A stretch of 64,000 bases of DNA from Chloroflexota bacterium. Its GTDB lineage: Bacteria > Chloroflexota > UBA11872. The notes under the pieces were generated by a model. That model made no database searches, was not told the origin of the DNA, and was given only the letters and a program-made list of their open reading frames with translations. Each line of letters starts with the position of its first letter. Position 1 is the first letter of the stretch. The stretch spans positions 151,970-215,969 of the forward strand of contig JAPOVQ010000001.1 in NCBI GenBank assembly GCA_026708035.1, given 5' to 3'. The translations under genes were made by a program, and so were the position numbers. Of this stretch, positions 29,318 through 38,912 are shown one piece after another.

Positions 29318-29728
29318 CGCCTGGTTGCTCCTGCCGCTCGGACATGCGCGCCGCGTCAGCCGGCTATACGTCGCCGGACTGGTCGCTGGCGACACTGATC
29401 CAGAAGCTGATCAGCAGGTGCTCGGCCTGCGCGCGGCGGTCGATGGCGTCACGCAGCACTTCCATGTCGATGCCGTCCGCCGCGACGGCGCCGTCGCGCA
29501 GCAGGTTGCCGACCGCCATCGAGGCTCGATTCCAGCTGGCCGCCAGGCTGCGCAGCTCGCGGGCTTGCCGTTCCGTCAGTGCCATTGGCCCTCCCCACGC
29601 GCCACGCTAGCACCACGCGTTTCGGTCCGGCGGCCACCCGCATCCGTCGCCAGCCGCCACGGGGATCGGTGCTAAACTCACCCGCCAATTTCCAGGTGAA
29701 CGGACGCGCCCGCGCGCGCCCTTGCTGC

Positions 29729-30259
29729 ATGGCCATTCACCACACTGAGCTCGAGACGCCGCCCGGTCGCGAGCCGCTGCCGGAGTCCGAGCGACCCAAG
29801 CTGGAAACGCTGCGGGAACAGCTGCAGCCGCTCAAGGATCTGCCCGGCTCGTCCATCGAGGCGCTCTACGCCGCCCAGGAGCTGTTCTCCTACGTGCCGC
29901 CCGAAGCCATCACCCTGATCGCCGAGGAGCTGAGCATCCCCGAGAGCCAGGTGTTCGGCGTGGTGACCTTCTACACCATGTTCTCGCTGGAGCCGCAGCC
30001 GCCCAACGTGCTGCGGGTGTGCCGCGACCTGAGCTGTCACCTGGCCGGCGCGCCCAGGCTGATCGGCGCGCTGGAGCAGGCGCTGGGCGTGCCGCGCGGG
30101 CACGCCAGCCCCGACGGCCAGTTCATCGTGAAAGTGGTCTCGTGCCTCGGCCTGTGCGACAAGCAGCCGGCCATGCTGGTCAACCTCGATCAGCACGGTC
30201 CGGTGATGCCGGACGACGTGCCGAATCTGCTCGACGACATCCGGAACGGCGCGGGCTGA
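29729..30259 (+). CDS. NuoE/FdsG/HoxE-family 2Fe-2S thioredoxin-like subunit
   Basis: 176 aa with Cys motifs CRDLSCHL…CLGLCDKQP. Its stop overlaps the start of the next gene (ATGA). Confidence 0.75.
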   Translation: MAIHHTELETPPGREPLPESERPKLETLREQLQPLKDLPGSSIEALYAAQELFSYVPPEAITLIAEELSIPESQVFGVVTFYTMFSLEPQPPNVLRVCRDLSCHLAGAPRLIGALEQALGVPRGHASPDGQFIVKVVSCLGLCDKQPAMLVNLDQHGPVMPDDVPNLLDDIRNGAG

Positions 30260-31524
30260 TGGAGCTGGTCGTCACGCGCAACTTTGGGAATCCCGAGCCT
30301 TGGACGCTGGCCAGCTATCGCGAATCCGGGGGCTATGAGGCCCTCGAGCGCGTCCTGAAGGAGATGACTCCAGAGGACGTAACCGAGCTAATCAAAGCGT
30401 CGAACCTCACCGGCCGCGGCGGCGCCTTCTTCCCGACCGGGCTGAAGTGGGAGTTCGTCCGCAAAGACCCTAAGACGCCCCGCTACGTGGTGGTGAATGC
30501 CGACGAGAGCGAGCCGGGCACCTACGTGAACCGCCTGTCCCTCGAGCTGGACCCGCACATGACCATCGAGGGCATGATCATCGCCGCCTACGCCTCCAAC
30601 GCCGAGCGCGGCTATTTCTACATCCGCGGCGAGTACGGCTTGTCGCACGAGCGAGTCAAGGCCGCTCTGCGCGAGGCCTACGAGGCCGGGTATCTGGGCC
30701 AGGGCATCTGCGGCCGGAGCGACTTCAACCTGGAGGTCGAGTTCCGGCGCGGCGCCGGCGCCTACATCGTGGGCGAGGAGACGGCGCTCTTCAATTCCCT
30801 GGAAGGCAAGCGGGGCAACCCGCGGTTCAAGCCGCCGTTCCCCACGAACTTCGGCGTGTGGGGCCTGCCAACCGCGATCAACAACGTGGAGACGCTGGCC
30901 GCCGCCCCCGCCATCGTGATGAAGGGCGCCGAGTGGTTCAAGGACCTCGGCGTCGGCGACGCGGCGGGCACCAAGATGTATTGCCTCTCGGGCAACGTGG
31001 TGAACCCCGTCTGCGTGGAACTGCCCCTGGGCGTCACGGCCCGCGAGGTGATCATGGATCACGGCGGCGGCGTGCCCGAAGGGCGGACTCTCAAGGGATT
31101 CAAGCCCGGCGGAGCATCGTCTGCGCCCCTCACCCCTGCCGAGCTCGACGCGCCGCTCGAACCCAAGTCGATGGCCGACCTGGGCACGATCATGGGCACC
31201 GGCGGCGTCGTGGTGTTCGACGACACCACTTGCATGGTAGACGTGGCCTACCGGGACGCGCTGTTCTTCGAGGACGAGAGCTGCGGCTTTTGCATCCCCT
31301 GCCGCGAGGGCACGCCAAACCTGGTCCAGATCTGCGAGCGCATCTTGCACGGCCAGGGCACGATGGATGACCTCGACCTGCTCGAGGAACTGGGCGCCAG
31401 CATGATGGCGTCGTTCTGCGGGCTGGGGCACTTCGCGCACCAGCCGGTGCGCGGCGCGGTCAGCCGCTTCCGCGACGAGTTCGAAGCCTACATTCAAGGT
31501 CGCCATTCCCCAGCCGGAACCTGA
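30259..31524 (+). CDS. NuoF/FdsB/HoxF-family NAD(H)- and FMN-binding 4Fe-4S subunit
   Basis: GRGGAFFPTGLKW FMN site, NAD-binding region, C-terminal ESCGFCIPCREG 4Fe-4S motif. Confidence 0.8.
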   Translation: MELVVTRNFGNPEPWTLASYRESGGYEALERVLKEMTPEDVTELIKASNLTGRGGAFFPTGLKWEFVRKDPKTPRYVVVNADESEPGTYVNRLSLELDPHMTIEGMIIAAYASNAERGYFYIRGEYGLSHERVKAALREAYEAGYLGQGICGRSDFNLEVEFRRGAGAYIVGEETALFNSLEGKRGNPRFKPPFPTNFGVWGLPTAINNVETLAAAPAIVMKGAEWFKDLGVGDAAGTKMYCLSGNVVNPVCVELPLGVTAREVIMDHGGGVPEGRTLKGFKPGGASSAPLTPAELDAPLEPKSMADLGTIMGTGGVVVFDDTTCMVDVAYRDALFFEDESCGFCIPCREGTPNLVQICERILHGQGTMDDLDLLEELGASMMASFCGLGHFAHQPVRGAVSRFRDEFEAYIQGRHSPAGT

Positions 31525-31560
31525 TTCCACGCGAACGGCAACGGCCGCGCGGGCTGAGCG

Positions 31561-32310
31561 CTACGCGTCCGTCGCGCGGAACGGACACCGGTCACGAAAA
31601 TCGCACCAGTCGCAATGCGGCCCGGGCGTGGCGGTGAAACTGGCGGCCTCGACCCGATCCGCCGTGTTTGCGTAGCGATCCAGCAACGCGTCGCTGTAGT
31701 CGGGGTCCGGCGTGATTGAGATGCCCGCGTTGTCGGCCAGGAAATAGGCGTCGAGACGCTCGACGCGGCGCTCGTGCACCTGCTCCACGCCCAGCGCGTA
31801 GGTGTGCAGCTGGGCGCGCAGGCGGTCCGGCAGCCGCTCGGGACGGCGGCCGCTCTTGTAGTCGATGATGGCCGTGCCTGACGGCGTTTCATCCACCCGA
31901 TCGATCACGCCCTCGATGGAATAGCCGGCATCGGCATCTGGACGAAAGCGGAAGCGCGATTCGAGCAGGACCGGCTGGCCGAGGTTTGCGTGATTGGCCG
32001 ACCAATAGCCGTCGAGCAACGCCTGCCCGTCCCGCCACATTTCCGGAAAGCGGTCGCGGTCCAGCCGCGGGGCCTCGGCCCAGTAGTCCGCGTGCAGACC
32101 GTCGAGAACACTCTTGTCGACTCGTTCACGGGCTTGCAGGCGCTCGAAGAGCCGGTGAAGCACCGCGTGCACGATCGCCCCAACGACGATCCGGGGCACA
32201 AAGGGCACCGGCACGCGCTCAACGTAGCGATAGCGATAGGCCGTGGGGCAGAACTCGAAGAGCGACAGCTTGGTGAAGCTGAGCCGGGTTGCGCGACGTG
32301 CGATCGTCAC
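31561..32310 (-). CDS. Cas4-like PD-(D/E)XK nuclease (RecB-family, DUF83-like) with 4-Cys Fe-S cluster ligands
   Basis: N-terminal Cys (FEFCPTAY), nuclease motifs IDRVD…IIDYKSG and QLHTYAL, C-terminal CDWCDFRDRC. Confidence 0.6.
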   Translation of the reverse strand: MTIARRATRLSFTKLSLFEFCPTAYRYRYVERVPVPFVPRIVVGAIVHAVLHRLFERLQARERVDKSVLDGLHADYWAEAPRLDRDRFPEMWRDGQALLDGYWSANHANLGQPVLLESRFRFRPDADAGYSIEGVIDRVDETPSGTAIIDYKSGRRPERLPDRLRAQLHTYALGVEQVHERRVERLDAYFLADNAGISITPDPDYSDALLDRYANTADRVEAASFTATPGPHCDWCDFRDRCPFRATDA

Positions 32311-32370
32311 GGCCCCTGGACGGGCGGTTCTCGAACCGCCCCTACCAAAACCCCGCCCGGCGCATCGTGG

Positions 32371-32724
32371 CTAGCGGCCCAGAATCCAGCGGACGTCCTC
32401 GCTCAGCATCTCCTCGTTCCACAAGGGGCTGAACGTGAGATCGAGATCCATGCTGCGCACGCCGGGGACGGCCTCCACCACCTGCTTCACCTGCTGCAGG
32501 ATTTGCGGTCCGGCCGGGCATCCGGGCGTCGTCAGGGTCATGGTCACCGACACGTCGTGGGCCTCGGACTCAGCGGGGGCCACGTCGATCTCGTAGATCA
32601 GTCCCAGGTCCACGATGTTGATGCCGATTTCAGGGTCGATCACCTCGCGCAGGGAGTCGCGAATCGTCTCTTCCGCCAGGGGTGCGTCCATCGTCGCCTC
32701 CAGCGCGATGCCTCTCATGCGCAA
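32371..32724 (-). CDS. DUF59 / SufT-MIP18-family Fe-S cluster assembly protein
   Basis: …VIDPEIGINIVDLGLIYEI…TLTTPGCPAG…; 117 aa. Confidence 0.65.
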   Translation of the reverse strand: MRMRGIALEATMDAPLAEETIRDSLREVIDPEIGINIVDLGLIYEIDVAPAESEAHDVSVTMTLTTPGCPAGPQILQQVKQVVEAVPGVRSMDLDLTFSPLWNEEMLSEDVRWILGR

Positions 32725-32763
32725 GCATCGCAGCCCTTGCGCACGCGAACAAGACGCCGCCCG

Positions 32764-33492
32764 CTAGGCGCGCTCGTATCCCGGCAGGATTTCCGTGCCC
32801 GGATATCCGGCCGCGCGTCCCGCGGCGATCTCGGCCGTGTGGTCCCAGATCACGGCGTGCGGCTCCGCCGTCCACGCGCCTCGCGGCGCATCCCAGGTGA
32901 TCTCGGTCCAATGGGCCTGGTTGTAGGCGTTGGCTTCATACATCAATCCCACGCTGCCCGCCCGCAGCACTCGCGTGGGCCCGACCTGCAGGTCCAGCGG
33001 AGCGTGAATGTGGCCGACGACCAGCAGCGCCGGCCGCGGCGTGCCCATCAAGCGGTCGAGCTCCACCGGATCGGTGTCGGCCCAGATGAACTCGTCCAGA
33101 TTGACGCCGTTGGCGTGGCTGATGACCAGCAGCGGCGCGCCATCGATGCCCAGCTCAAGCCGGCGCGGCAGGGCCGCCGCGCGCGCGATGACCGCGTTCG
33201 GCAGCGCCTCGATCGTCCAGTCGAAGACTTCGAGGATGCGATCGCGCCATCGGCCGCCGGCGGGCGCCGGTGGGAACTCGCCGGTCCCGAGATCGCGCTC
33301 GGTGTTGCCGCAGAGGCAATAGGCGCCGATGCGCTGCAACTCCCGCCAAGTCTCCAGCGGTCGCGGCCCCCCCAGAATCTGGTCGCCATTGGACACGATC
33401 AGATCAAAGGGAGCACGGGTGTCGATGTCCCGCAGCACCGCGCGCAGCGCGGTCAGATTGGCATGGACATCGGACACGACGGCAATGTGCAT
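32764..33492 (-). CDS. metallophosphoesterase (calcineurin-like phosphodiesterase)
   Basis: MHIAVVSDVHAN … GDQILGGP … GNTE … VVGHIH metal-ligand motifs. Start at Met26 of the ORF. Confidence 0.7.
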   Translation of the reverse strand: MHIAVVSDVHANLTALRAVLRDIDTRAPFDLIVSNGDQILGGPRPLETWRELQRIGAYCLCGNTERDLGTGEFPPAPAGGRWRDRILEVFDWTIEALPNAVIARAAALPRRLELGIDGAPLLVISHANGVNLDEFIWADTDPVELDRLMGTPRPALLVVGHIHAPLDLQVGPTRVLRAGSVGLMYEANAYNQAHWTEITWDAPRGAWTAEPHAVIWDHTAEIAAGRAAGYPGTEILPGYERA

Positions 33493-33684
33493 GAGGCGCG
33501 TTGAGCGGGGACTTGGGGCGCGCGACAACGCAGCGGCCAGCCTCCCTCGCTGGCGAATGTACCGCACGGCATCGGTGAGCCGGAGCGTGAGCCGTCGCTA
33601 TCGCGTCGGTCCCGCTTACCGACAGGATTGAGCGATTGACGTAGTGGCGGTTCGCGAGCCGTTCCCCCACCATGAATCCAGGCT

Positions 33685-33765
33685 CCCCCAGATTCGACCG
33701 GACTGGATTCCGGCTTCCGCCGGAATGACGGAGGAGTGTCGCCATCGTCTCCTTTCGTGGGGACC
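33685..33765 (+). repeat. dispersed palindromic intergenic repeat, copy 4
   Basis: CCCAGATTCGACCGGACTGGATTCCGGCTTCCGCCGGAATGACGGAGGAGTGTCGCCATCGTCTCC, in a divergent intergenic region. Confidence 0.8.
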
Positions 33766-33966
33766 TCACCATAGTCCGCCCGGGAGGACTCCAGGTGCGC
33801 GGGGCAGCCGGTTGCGTTGCCATTGGCGGGTCTGTCCTGCAGCTTGGCTACGCCCAGGTTGCCCGGCACGAGAGCTTGCGTGATGCTTGCCCGCGTCTAC
33901 TTGTTGGATCGGGCTGCGGGCATCGCGCGGTGCGCCGCGCAAGCGCCTCCGTGGGAGGCATGGCCC

Positions 33967-35781
33967 ATGACCGTCCCTGCCGCCGCGCTCGGACTCCTGC
34001 TGGCATTGGGGCTCATGGCGTTCGCGTGCGACGCGCCCGCCGACTCGGCGGAAACGGCGGACGCGGCGCAGGCGAGAGCCACGGCTCAGCCAGCCACGCC
34101 CGTTGCCACGTCGGACCCGACCGCAGCGCCGAATGCCTTGCCCGCTGCGACACCTGACCCAATCCGGACCGCGCCGGTCTCGCCATCGCCGACCGCAATG
34201 CCGGACGCGACGGCAACGCGGACCGGCGCGCCCACCTCCAACCCTGACCGGGCGGTGCTCGTGGCGCTCTACCACGCGACCGACGGACCGAACTGGGCAA
34301 ACCACGACAACTGGCTGAGTGACGCGCCGTTGGGTGAATGGCACGGGGTCACCACGGACTCCGATGGCCGTGTCACGCGCCTGGCGCTCGATGACAATCA
34401 GTTGGTCGGGGAGATCCCGGCTGAGCTGGGAGGCCTCGCGCGTCTGGAGGCGCTGTGGCTCTCGGGGAACCAACTCAGCGGGGCGATCCCATCGGGATTG
34501 GGCAATCTCTCGCGGCTGCGACGACTGGAGATTCGCTTCAACCGGTTGCGTGGACCGATCCCGCCCACGTTGGGGCAGCTGGACAACCTGGAGCTCTTGG
34601 ATTTTCGTGGGAACCAACTGGACGGGCCGATCCCGCCCGAAGTGGGCCGGCTTTCAGATCTGATAGGGCTGGTCCTCCGGGACAACCAGCTGAGCGGGAC
34701 GATCCCGCCTGGGCTAAGCCAGCTCGCCAAGCTGGAACTCTTGGATCTTCGTGGGAATCTGCTGGACGGGCCGATCCCGCCGGGGCTGGGCCGCCTGGGC
34801 AACCTGCAAGAGCTGGTCCTATTCGGCAACCGGTTGAGCGGGCCAATTCCGCCAGAATTGGGTCAGCTCACCGAGCTGTACGGGCTGGCGCTTGGCTCCA
34901 ATCAACTCAGCGGGCCGATCCCGCCCGAACTGGGCCAGCTTGCGAACCTGGTCGGGCTGAACCTGACGGACAACCGGCTGAGCGGGCCGATCCCGCCCGA
35001 ATTGGGTTGGCTTTCGAATCTGGTCGGACTGGACCTCAGCGACAACCAGCTCGGCGGGCCGATACCTGCCGACCTCGGCCGACTGGCTGATCTGGACGAG
35101 CTGTGGCTGAGCGGCAACCAGCTGCGCGGAGCGATTCCTTCCAGTCTCGGTCGCCTCACCAGGTTGACGATGCTGCGCCTCGCCGGCGGCAACCGGTTCG
35201 CTGGATGCATCCCCGCAGCCTTGGCTGAGCTACCGCGCAGTGACCTCCAAGAGCTCGGCCTGCCGTTCTGCGCAGTTGCGGATCCGGCGTCGGCCGGGGG
35301 ACTGCGGGCCGCTATTGCCGCCGACCGCGCGGCACTGGTCGCGCTCTATCGCGCGACCGATGGCCCGAACTGGGTGCACAGCACCAACTGGCTCAGCGAG
35401 GCGCCCCTCGGCGAGTGGATCGGGGTCATCACGGATGTCAGCGGTCGCGTGACGGCGCTGGCGCTCGCGGAGAATCAACTCAGTGGACCGGTCCCGCGCG
35501 AACTCGGCCGTCTCTCCAGCCTGCGCGTGCTGGTTCTCGCGGGGAACCGGCTGCACGGGCCGATCCCGTCCGACTTCGGCAGCCTCGGCCAGCTGGTGCA
35601 CCTGCGGCTCGACCGCAACCATCTCAGTGGACCGATTCCGCCTGAGCTCGGCCAACTCTCGAATCTGCGGTCGCTCGAGCTCGCGTACAACCAGTTCACG
35701 GGCTGCATCCCCGAGGGGTTGGGAGACCTCGAGGAGAGCGACCTCGAAAGGCTTGGTCTGCCATTCTGTGGGGCGAGTTGA
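33967..35781 (+). CDS. secreted lipoprotein with two modules of plant-type leucine-rich repeats
   Basis: Lipobox LALGLMAFAC. Two modules, each consisting of an LRRNT-like cap (ALVALYxATDGPNW…NWLS.APLGEW.GV…GRVT.L.L), 24-residue LxxLxxLxLxxNQLSGPIPPELG repeats, and a C-cap GCIP…LPFC. Confidence 0.7.
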   Translation: MTVPAAALGLLLALGLMAFACDAPADSAETADAAQARATAQPATPVATSDPTAAPNALPAATPDPIRTAPVSPSPTAMPDATATRTGAPTSNPDRAVLVALYHATDGPNWANHDNWLSDAPLGEWHGVTTDSDGRVTRLALDDNQLVGEIPAELGGLARLEALWLSGNQLSGAIPSGLGNLSRLRRLEIRFNRLRGPIPPTLGQLDNLELLDFRGNQLDGPIPPEVGRLSDLIGLVLRDNQLSGTIPPGLSQLAKLELLDLRGNLLDGPIPPGLGRLGNLQELVLFGNRLSGPIPPELGQLTELYGLALGSNQLSGPIPPELGQLANLVGLNLTDNRLSGPIPPELGWLSNLVGLDLSDNQLGGPIPADLGRLADLDELWLSGNQLRGAIPSSLGRLTRLTMLRLAGGNRFAGCIPAALAELPRSDLQELGLPFCAVADPASAGGLRAAIAADRAALVALYRATDGPNWVHSTNWLSEAPLGEWIGVITDVSGRVTALALAENQLSGPVPRELGRLSSLRVLVLAGNRLHGPIPSDFGSLGQLVHLRLDRNHLSGPIPPELGQLSNLRSLELAYNQFTGCIPEGLGDLEESDLERLGLPFCGAS

Positions 35782-36176
35782 GTATGGATGGGCGGGCCGG
35801 CGTGCGACGGGCTCCGTGGGAGGCCCTGACAATGACCATCCGCGCCGCCGGGCTCGGAGTTGGGTGCACGTCCGCAACCCCGGAAACGTGCACGAGGCGT
35901 GCTGAAGGGGAACGGTTGCGCGTGAGGGCGCAGCGGCCGACCTGACCTCAGTTTCTGGCGGCTGAATCGCTCGGTGCCGGCCAGCCGAGTCGTGGGCGAG
36001 GCCAGATCCGCCGCTTTTGACGGGATTGACGGTGGAACGCGGCCGACGGGTCCGCCAGGCGATACCGCCCGGAGGCTTGGCCTTAGCGGCCAGCGCCCGG
36101 CGCAGAGGTTCCGAACGAACCGAGCAAAATCTATCGGTCGATCAGGTCCTTAGGTACCATGTCTCAAACGAGGTGA

Positions 36177-37355
36177 TTGCAAGCCGCAATAACCGTACCC
36201 ATGACCAATTGTGCCGCCGCGCTCGCGCTCCTTTTGGCAATGGCGCTCATGGCGGCCACGTGCGACGCGCCGGTGGACACGCCCGTGGCGATCCCTACAC
36301 CCGGATCTGCTGCCGCGGACCGGGTGGCTCTAGTCGCGCTCTACCACGCGACCGATGGACCGAATTGGACGGACAATCGAAACTGGCTCACCGATGTGCA
36401 CATCGGTGCCTGGTTCGGCGTCACTACCGTCCGCGGTCGGGTCACGGAACTCCGACTCGATGAGAATCAGTTGACCGGCACTATTCCGTCCACGCTGGGC
36501 CGCCTGACAAATCTGAGAAAGCTATCGCTTACATGGAATCAACTGACTGGGGCGATCCCGCCCGATCTCGGTCACCTCGCTCAACTACAAGAACTAGTCC
36601 TGGGTCACAACCAGTTGACTGGCACTATTCCGTCCACGCTGAGCGGCCTGACAAATCTGAAAACGCTCTGGCTCTCTTGGAATCAACTGACTGGAGCGAT
36701 CCAGCCCGATCTGGCCCACCTCACTCAACTGCAAGACTTGGGCCTCAGCAACAACCAGTTGAGCGGCGCCATTCCGTCCTGGCTGGGCAGCCTCGGCAAT
36801 CTGCACTCGCTGTCTCTCGAAGAAAACCAGCTCAGTGGAGCAATCCCGAGGATATTGGGCGACCTCCACAGGCTGCGGCATCTAAATCTCGCTGCCAACC
36901 ATCTGCAGGGGCCGATACCGCGCGAGCTGGGCCTCCTCGCTTCCCTGGAGGTGCTGGACCTGGCCGATAACCAGTTGCGAGGAGATCTTCCTCCCGAACT
37001 TGGTGGCCTCTCCCGACTAACCTCCTTGACGCTCGCCAGGAACAGGCTGCAGGGGGAAATACCACCTGAACTGGGTCGTCTGACCAACTTGAGAAGATTG
37101 TCGCTCGATGGCAACCAACTTCGTGGGACGATTCCGCCCCAACTGGGTAGTCTCACTCACCTAAGGGAGTTGAGCCTCAGAGACAATCGGCTAGACGGGA
37201 AGGTTCCGTCTGACCTGGGCCACTTAGCAAATCTGCAGCATGTGAATCTCGGTAGTACCAATCGACTCACCGGGTGCCTCCCCGCAAGGCTGCGTAACGC
37301 TCGGTTCAACGACCTCGAAGAGTTGGAGTTGCCGTTCTGCTGGTACACCAGTTGA
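36177..37355 (+). CDS. secreted lipoprotein with plant-type leucine-rich repeats (paralog, single module)
   Basis: Same cap/repeat/C-cap architecture (…ALVALYHATDGPNWTDNRNWLTD…; ends GCLPARL…LELPFCWYTS). GC content is visibly lower than the flanks. Confidence 0.7.
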   Translation: MQAAITVPMTNCAAALALLLAMALMAATCDAPVDTPVAIPTPGSAAADRVALVALYHATDGPNWTDNRNWLTDVHIGAWFGVTTVRGRVTELRLDENQLTGTIPSTLGRLTNLRKLSLTWNQLTGAIPPDLGHLAQLQELVLGHNQLTGTIPSTLSGLTNLKTLWLSWNQLTGAIQPDLAHLTQLQDLGLSNNQLSGAIPSWLGSLGNLHSLSLEENQLSGAIPRILGDLHRLRHLNLAANHLQGPIPRELGLLASLEVLDLADNQLRGDLPPELGGLSRLTSLTLARNRLQGEIPPELGRLTNLRRLSLDGNQLRGTIPPQLGSLTHLRELSLRDNRLDGKVPSDLGHLANLQHVNLGSTNRLTGCLPARLRNARFNDLEELELPFCWYTS

Positions 37356-37487
37356 AGCCTGACCCTGGGACCGGCACGAGTCGGTCCTTGCGCCAGGGCC
37401 CTCAGTGACAATCACTGGCCGGTCGAGTCACACGAAACCTCTTCCGATGCTCAGGCTGGTCGGTCGGCCCGTGCTACTCTGAAGCAT

Positions 37488-37515
37488 CGCGGCGTGATGC
37501 GCCGCGGTTTTGTTG
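37488..37515 (+). terminator. intrinsic terminator/attenuator-like hairpin immediately upstream of rpmI
   Basis: CGCGGCG-TGATG-CGCCGCG followed by GTTTTGTTG, ending 5 nt before the rpmI ATG. Confidence 0.5.
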
Positions 37516-37519
37516 TCCT

Positions 37520-37714
37520 ATGCCAAAACTCAAAACACGAAAAGCCGCCGTTAAGCGGCTGCGCAAGACCGCCAACGGCAAGGTGACCTGCGCCAAGAGC
37601 ACGGCGCAGACCCTGCGGCGCAAGAAGAGCCGCCGCGCTCGGCGCGCCAAGGGTCACGAGCAGCCGATCACCGGCGGTCAGCTCAAGCAGGCCAAGCGCC
37701 TGCTCGCCGGATAG
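37520..37714 (+). CDS. rpmI: 50S ribosomal protein L35
   Basis: MPKLKTRKAAVKRLRKTANGKV…; 64 aa, basic. Confidence 0.9.
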   Translation: MPKLKTRKAAVKRLRKTANGKVTCAKSTAQTLRRKKSRRARRAKGHEQPITGGQLKQAKRLLAG

Positions 37715-37726
37715 GGCGGACCGCCG

Positions 37727-38080
37727 ATGGCACGAGTCAAGCGCAGCGTCGCCAGCCGCAAGCGCCGCCGGCGCGTCCTCAAAGCCGTGCGGGGCCACAA
37801 GGGCGCCCGCAGCCGTCAGTTCAAGGCCGCCCACGAAGACCTGATGCACGCGCGGCAATACGCCTACGCCCACCGGCGCACGCGGCGCCGCGACATGCGG
37901 CGCGGCTGGATCCTGCGCATCAATGCGCGCGCTCGGGCGCTGGGCATGACCTACAGCCAGTTCATGCACGGTTTACGTCGGGCCAACATCGACCTCGACC
38001 GCAAGGTGCTGGCGGACCTGGCGCTCAACGAGCCCGAGGCCTTCGAAGACCTGGTGAAGGCGGCGCAAGCCGCCGCCTAG
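37727..38080 (+). CDS. rplT: 50S ribosomal protein L20
   Basis: MARVKRSVASRKRRRRVLKAVRGHKGARSRQFKAA…; 117 aa. Confidence 0.9.
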   Translation: MARVKRSVASRKRRRRVLKAVRGHKGARSRQFKAAHEDLMHARQYAYAHRRTRRRDMRRGWILRINARARALGMTYSQFMHGLRRANIDLDRKVLADLALNEPEAFEDLVKAAQAAA

Positions 38081-38093
38081 GCGCGGTGGGGCC

Positions 38094-38912
38094 GTGGCTC
38101 CGTCGCCGCTCATCCGCAGTGCTCGCAACCCGGCGGTTGCCCATGTTCGTTTGCTCCAACGCGGCAGCACGCGCCGCCGCGCCGGTCACACGGTCGTCGA
38201 AGGCCCGAAGCTCGTGGCCGAGGCATTGCGCGCCGGCGTGATCGTTTCCGTGCTGTGCACGGCGGAGCCGTCTCCGGCCGCGGCGGCAGTCGCCGACGAG
38301 GCCGCGGCGCAGGGGCTTTCCGTGCGCCGGTGCACCGACGGGATATTCGACGCTGTCGCCGACACCGAGACGCCCCAGGGAGTCCTGGCCGTGATCGCCA
38401 CGCCGGACCCGCCGCCGGTTTCGGGCCCCGCGTTGCTCCTGGTCGTTGACGGAGTGCAAGACCCGGGCAACGTCGGCGCCATGGTCCGCAGCGCCGCCGC
38501 GGCGGGCGCGACGGGCGTAGTCTGCGCCCCGGGCACGGCCGACGCCTACAGCCCCAAGGCCATGCGAGCGGGCGCGGGCGGGCAGTTTCGCGTGCCCATT
38601 CGGAAAGCGGCCGAACCGGCGGACCTCGAGTCGCTCGCCGACGATGTCGACATATATGCGGCCGTCACCGACGCCGATCTGACCTATCACGACATCGACT
38701 TGACTCGCCCCTGCGGACTGATCGTGGGCGCCGAATCGGCCGGTGTTTCGCCTGCGTGGCGCGCCGCGAGCCGCGCGACCGTCCGCGTGCCGATGCACGC
38801 CGAGGTCGAGTCGCTCAACGCGGCCGCCGCGGCCGCCGTTATCCTGTTCGAGGCCGCGCGGCAGCGCGTGGCTGCCTCTACCAACAAAGATCCTGGTGCG
38901 CGAGCGGATTGA
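38094..38912 (+). CDS. TrmH/SpoU-family RNA 2'-O-methyltransferase
   Basis: SPOUT motifs (LLVVDGVQDPGNVGAMVRSAAAAG … IVGAESAGVS … ESLNAAAAAAVILFE). Conserved position between rplT and pheS. Confidence 0.7.
   Translation: MAPSPLIRSARNPAVAHVRLLQRGSTRRRAGHTVVEGPKLVAEALRAGVIVSVLCTAEPSPAAAAVADEAAAQGLSVRRCTDGIFDAVADTETPQGVLAVIATPDPPPVSGPALLLVVDGVQDPGNVGAMVRSAAAAGATGVVCAPGTADAYSPKAMRAGAGGQFRVPIRKAAEPADLESLADDVDIYAAVTDADLTYHDIDLTRPCGLIVGAESAGVSPAWRAASRATVRVPMHAEVESLNAAAAAAVILFEAARQRVAASTNKDPGARAD

Noticed and set aside
29364-29585. 73-aa minus-strand ORF upstream of folC
   Set aside because: No motif, it overlaps the longer folC ORF extension and there is only weak coding signal, so it was not included as a feature.
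30388-31530. 380-aa minus-strand ORF
   Set aside because: Antisense to the NuoF-like gene.
31561-32310. Possibility of a CRISPR-Cas locus (Cas4-like gene)
   Set aside because: No repeat-spacer array or other cas genes were detected anywhere in the window by reading for short periodic direct repeats.
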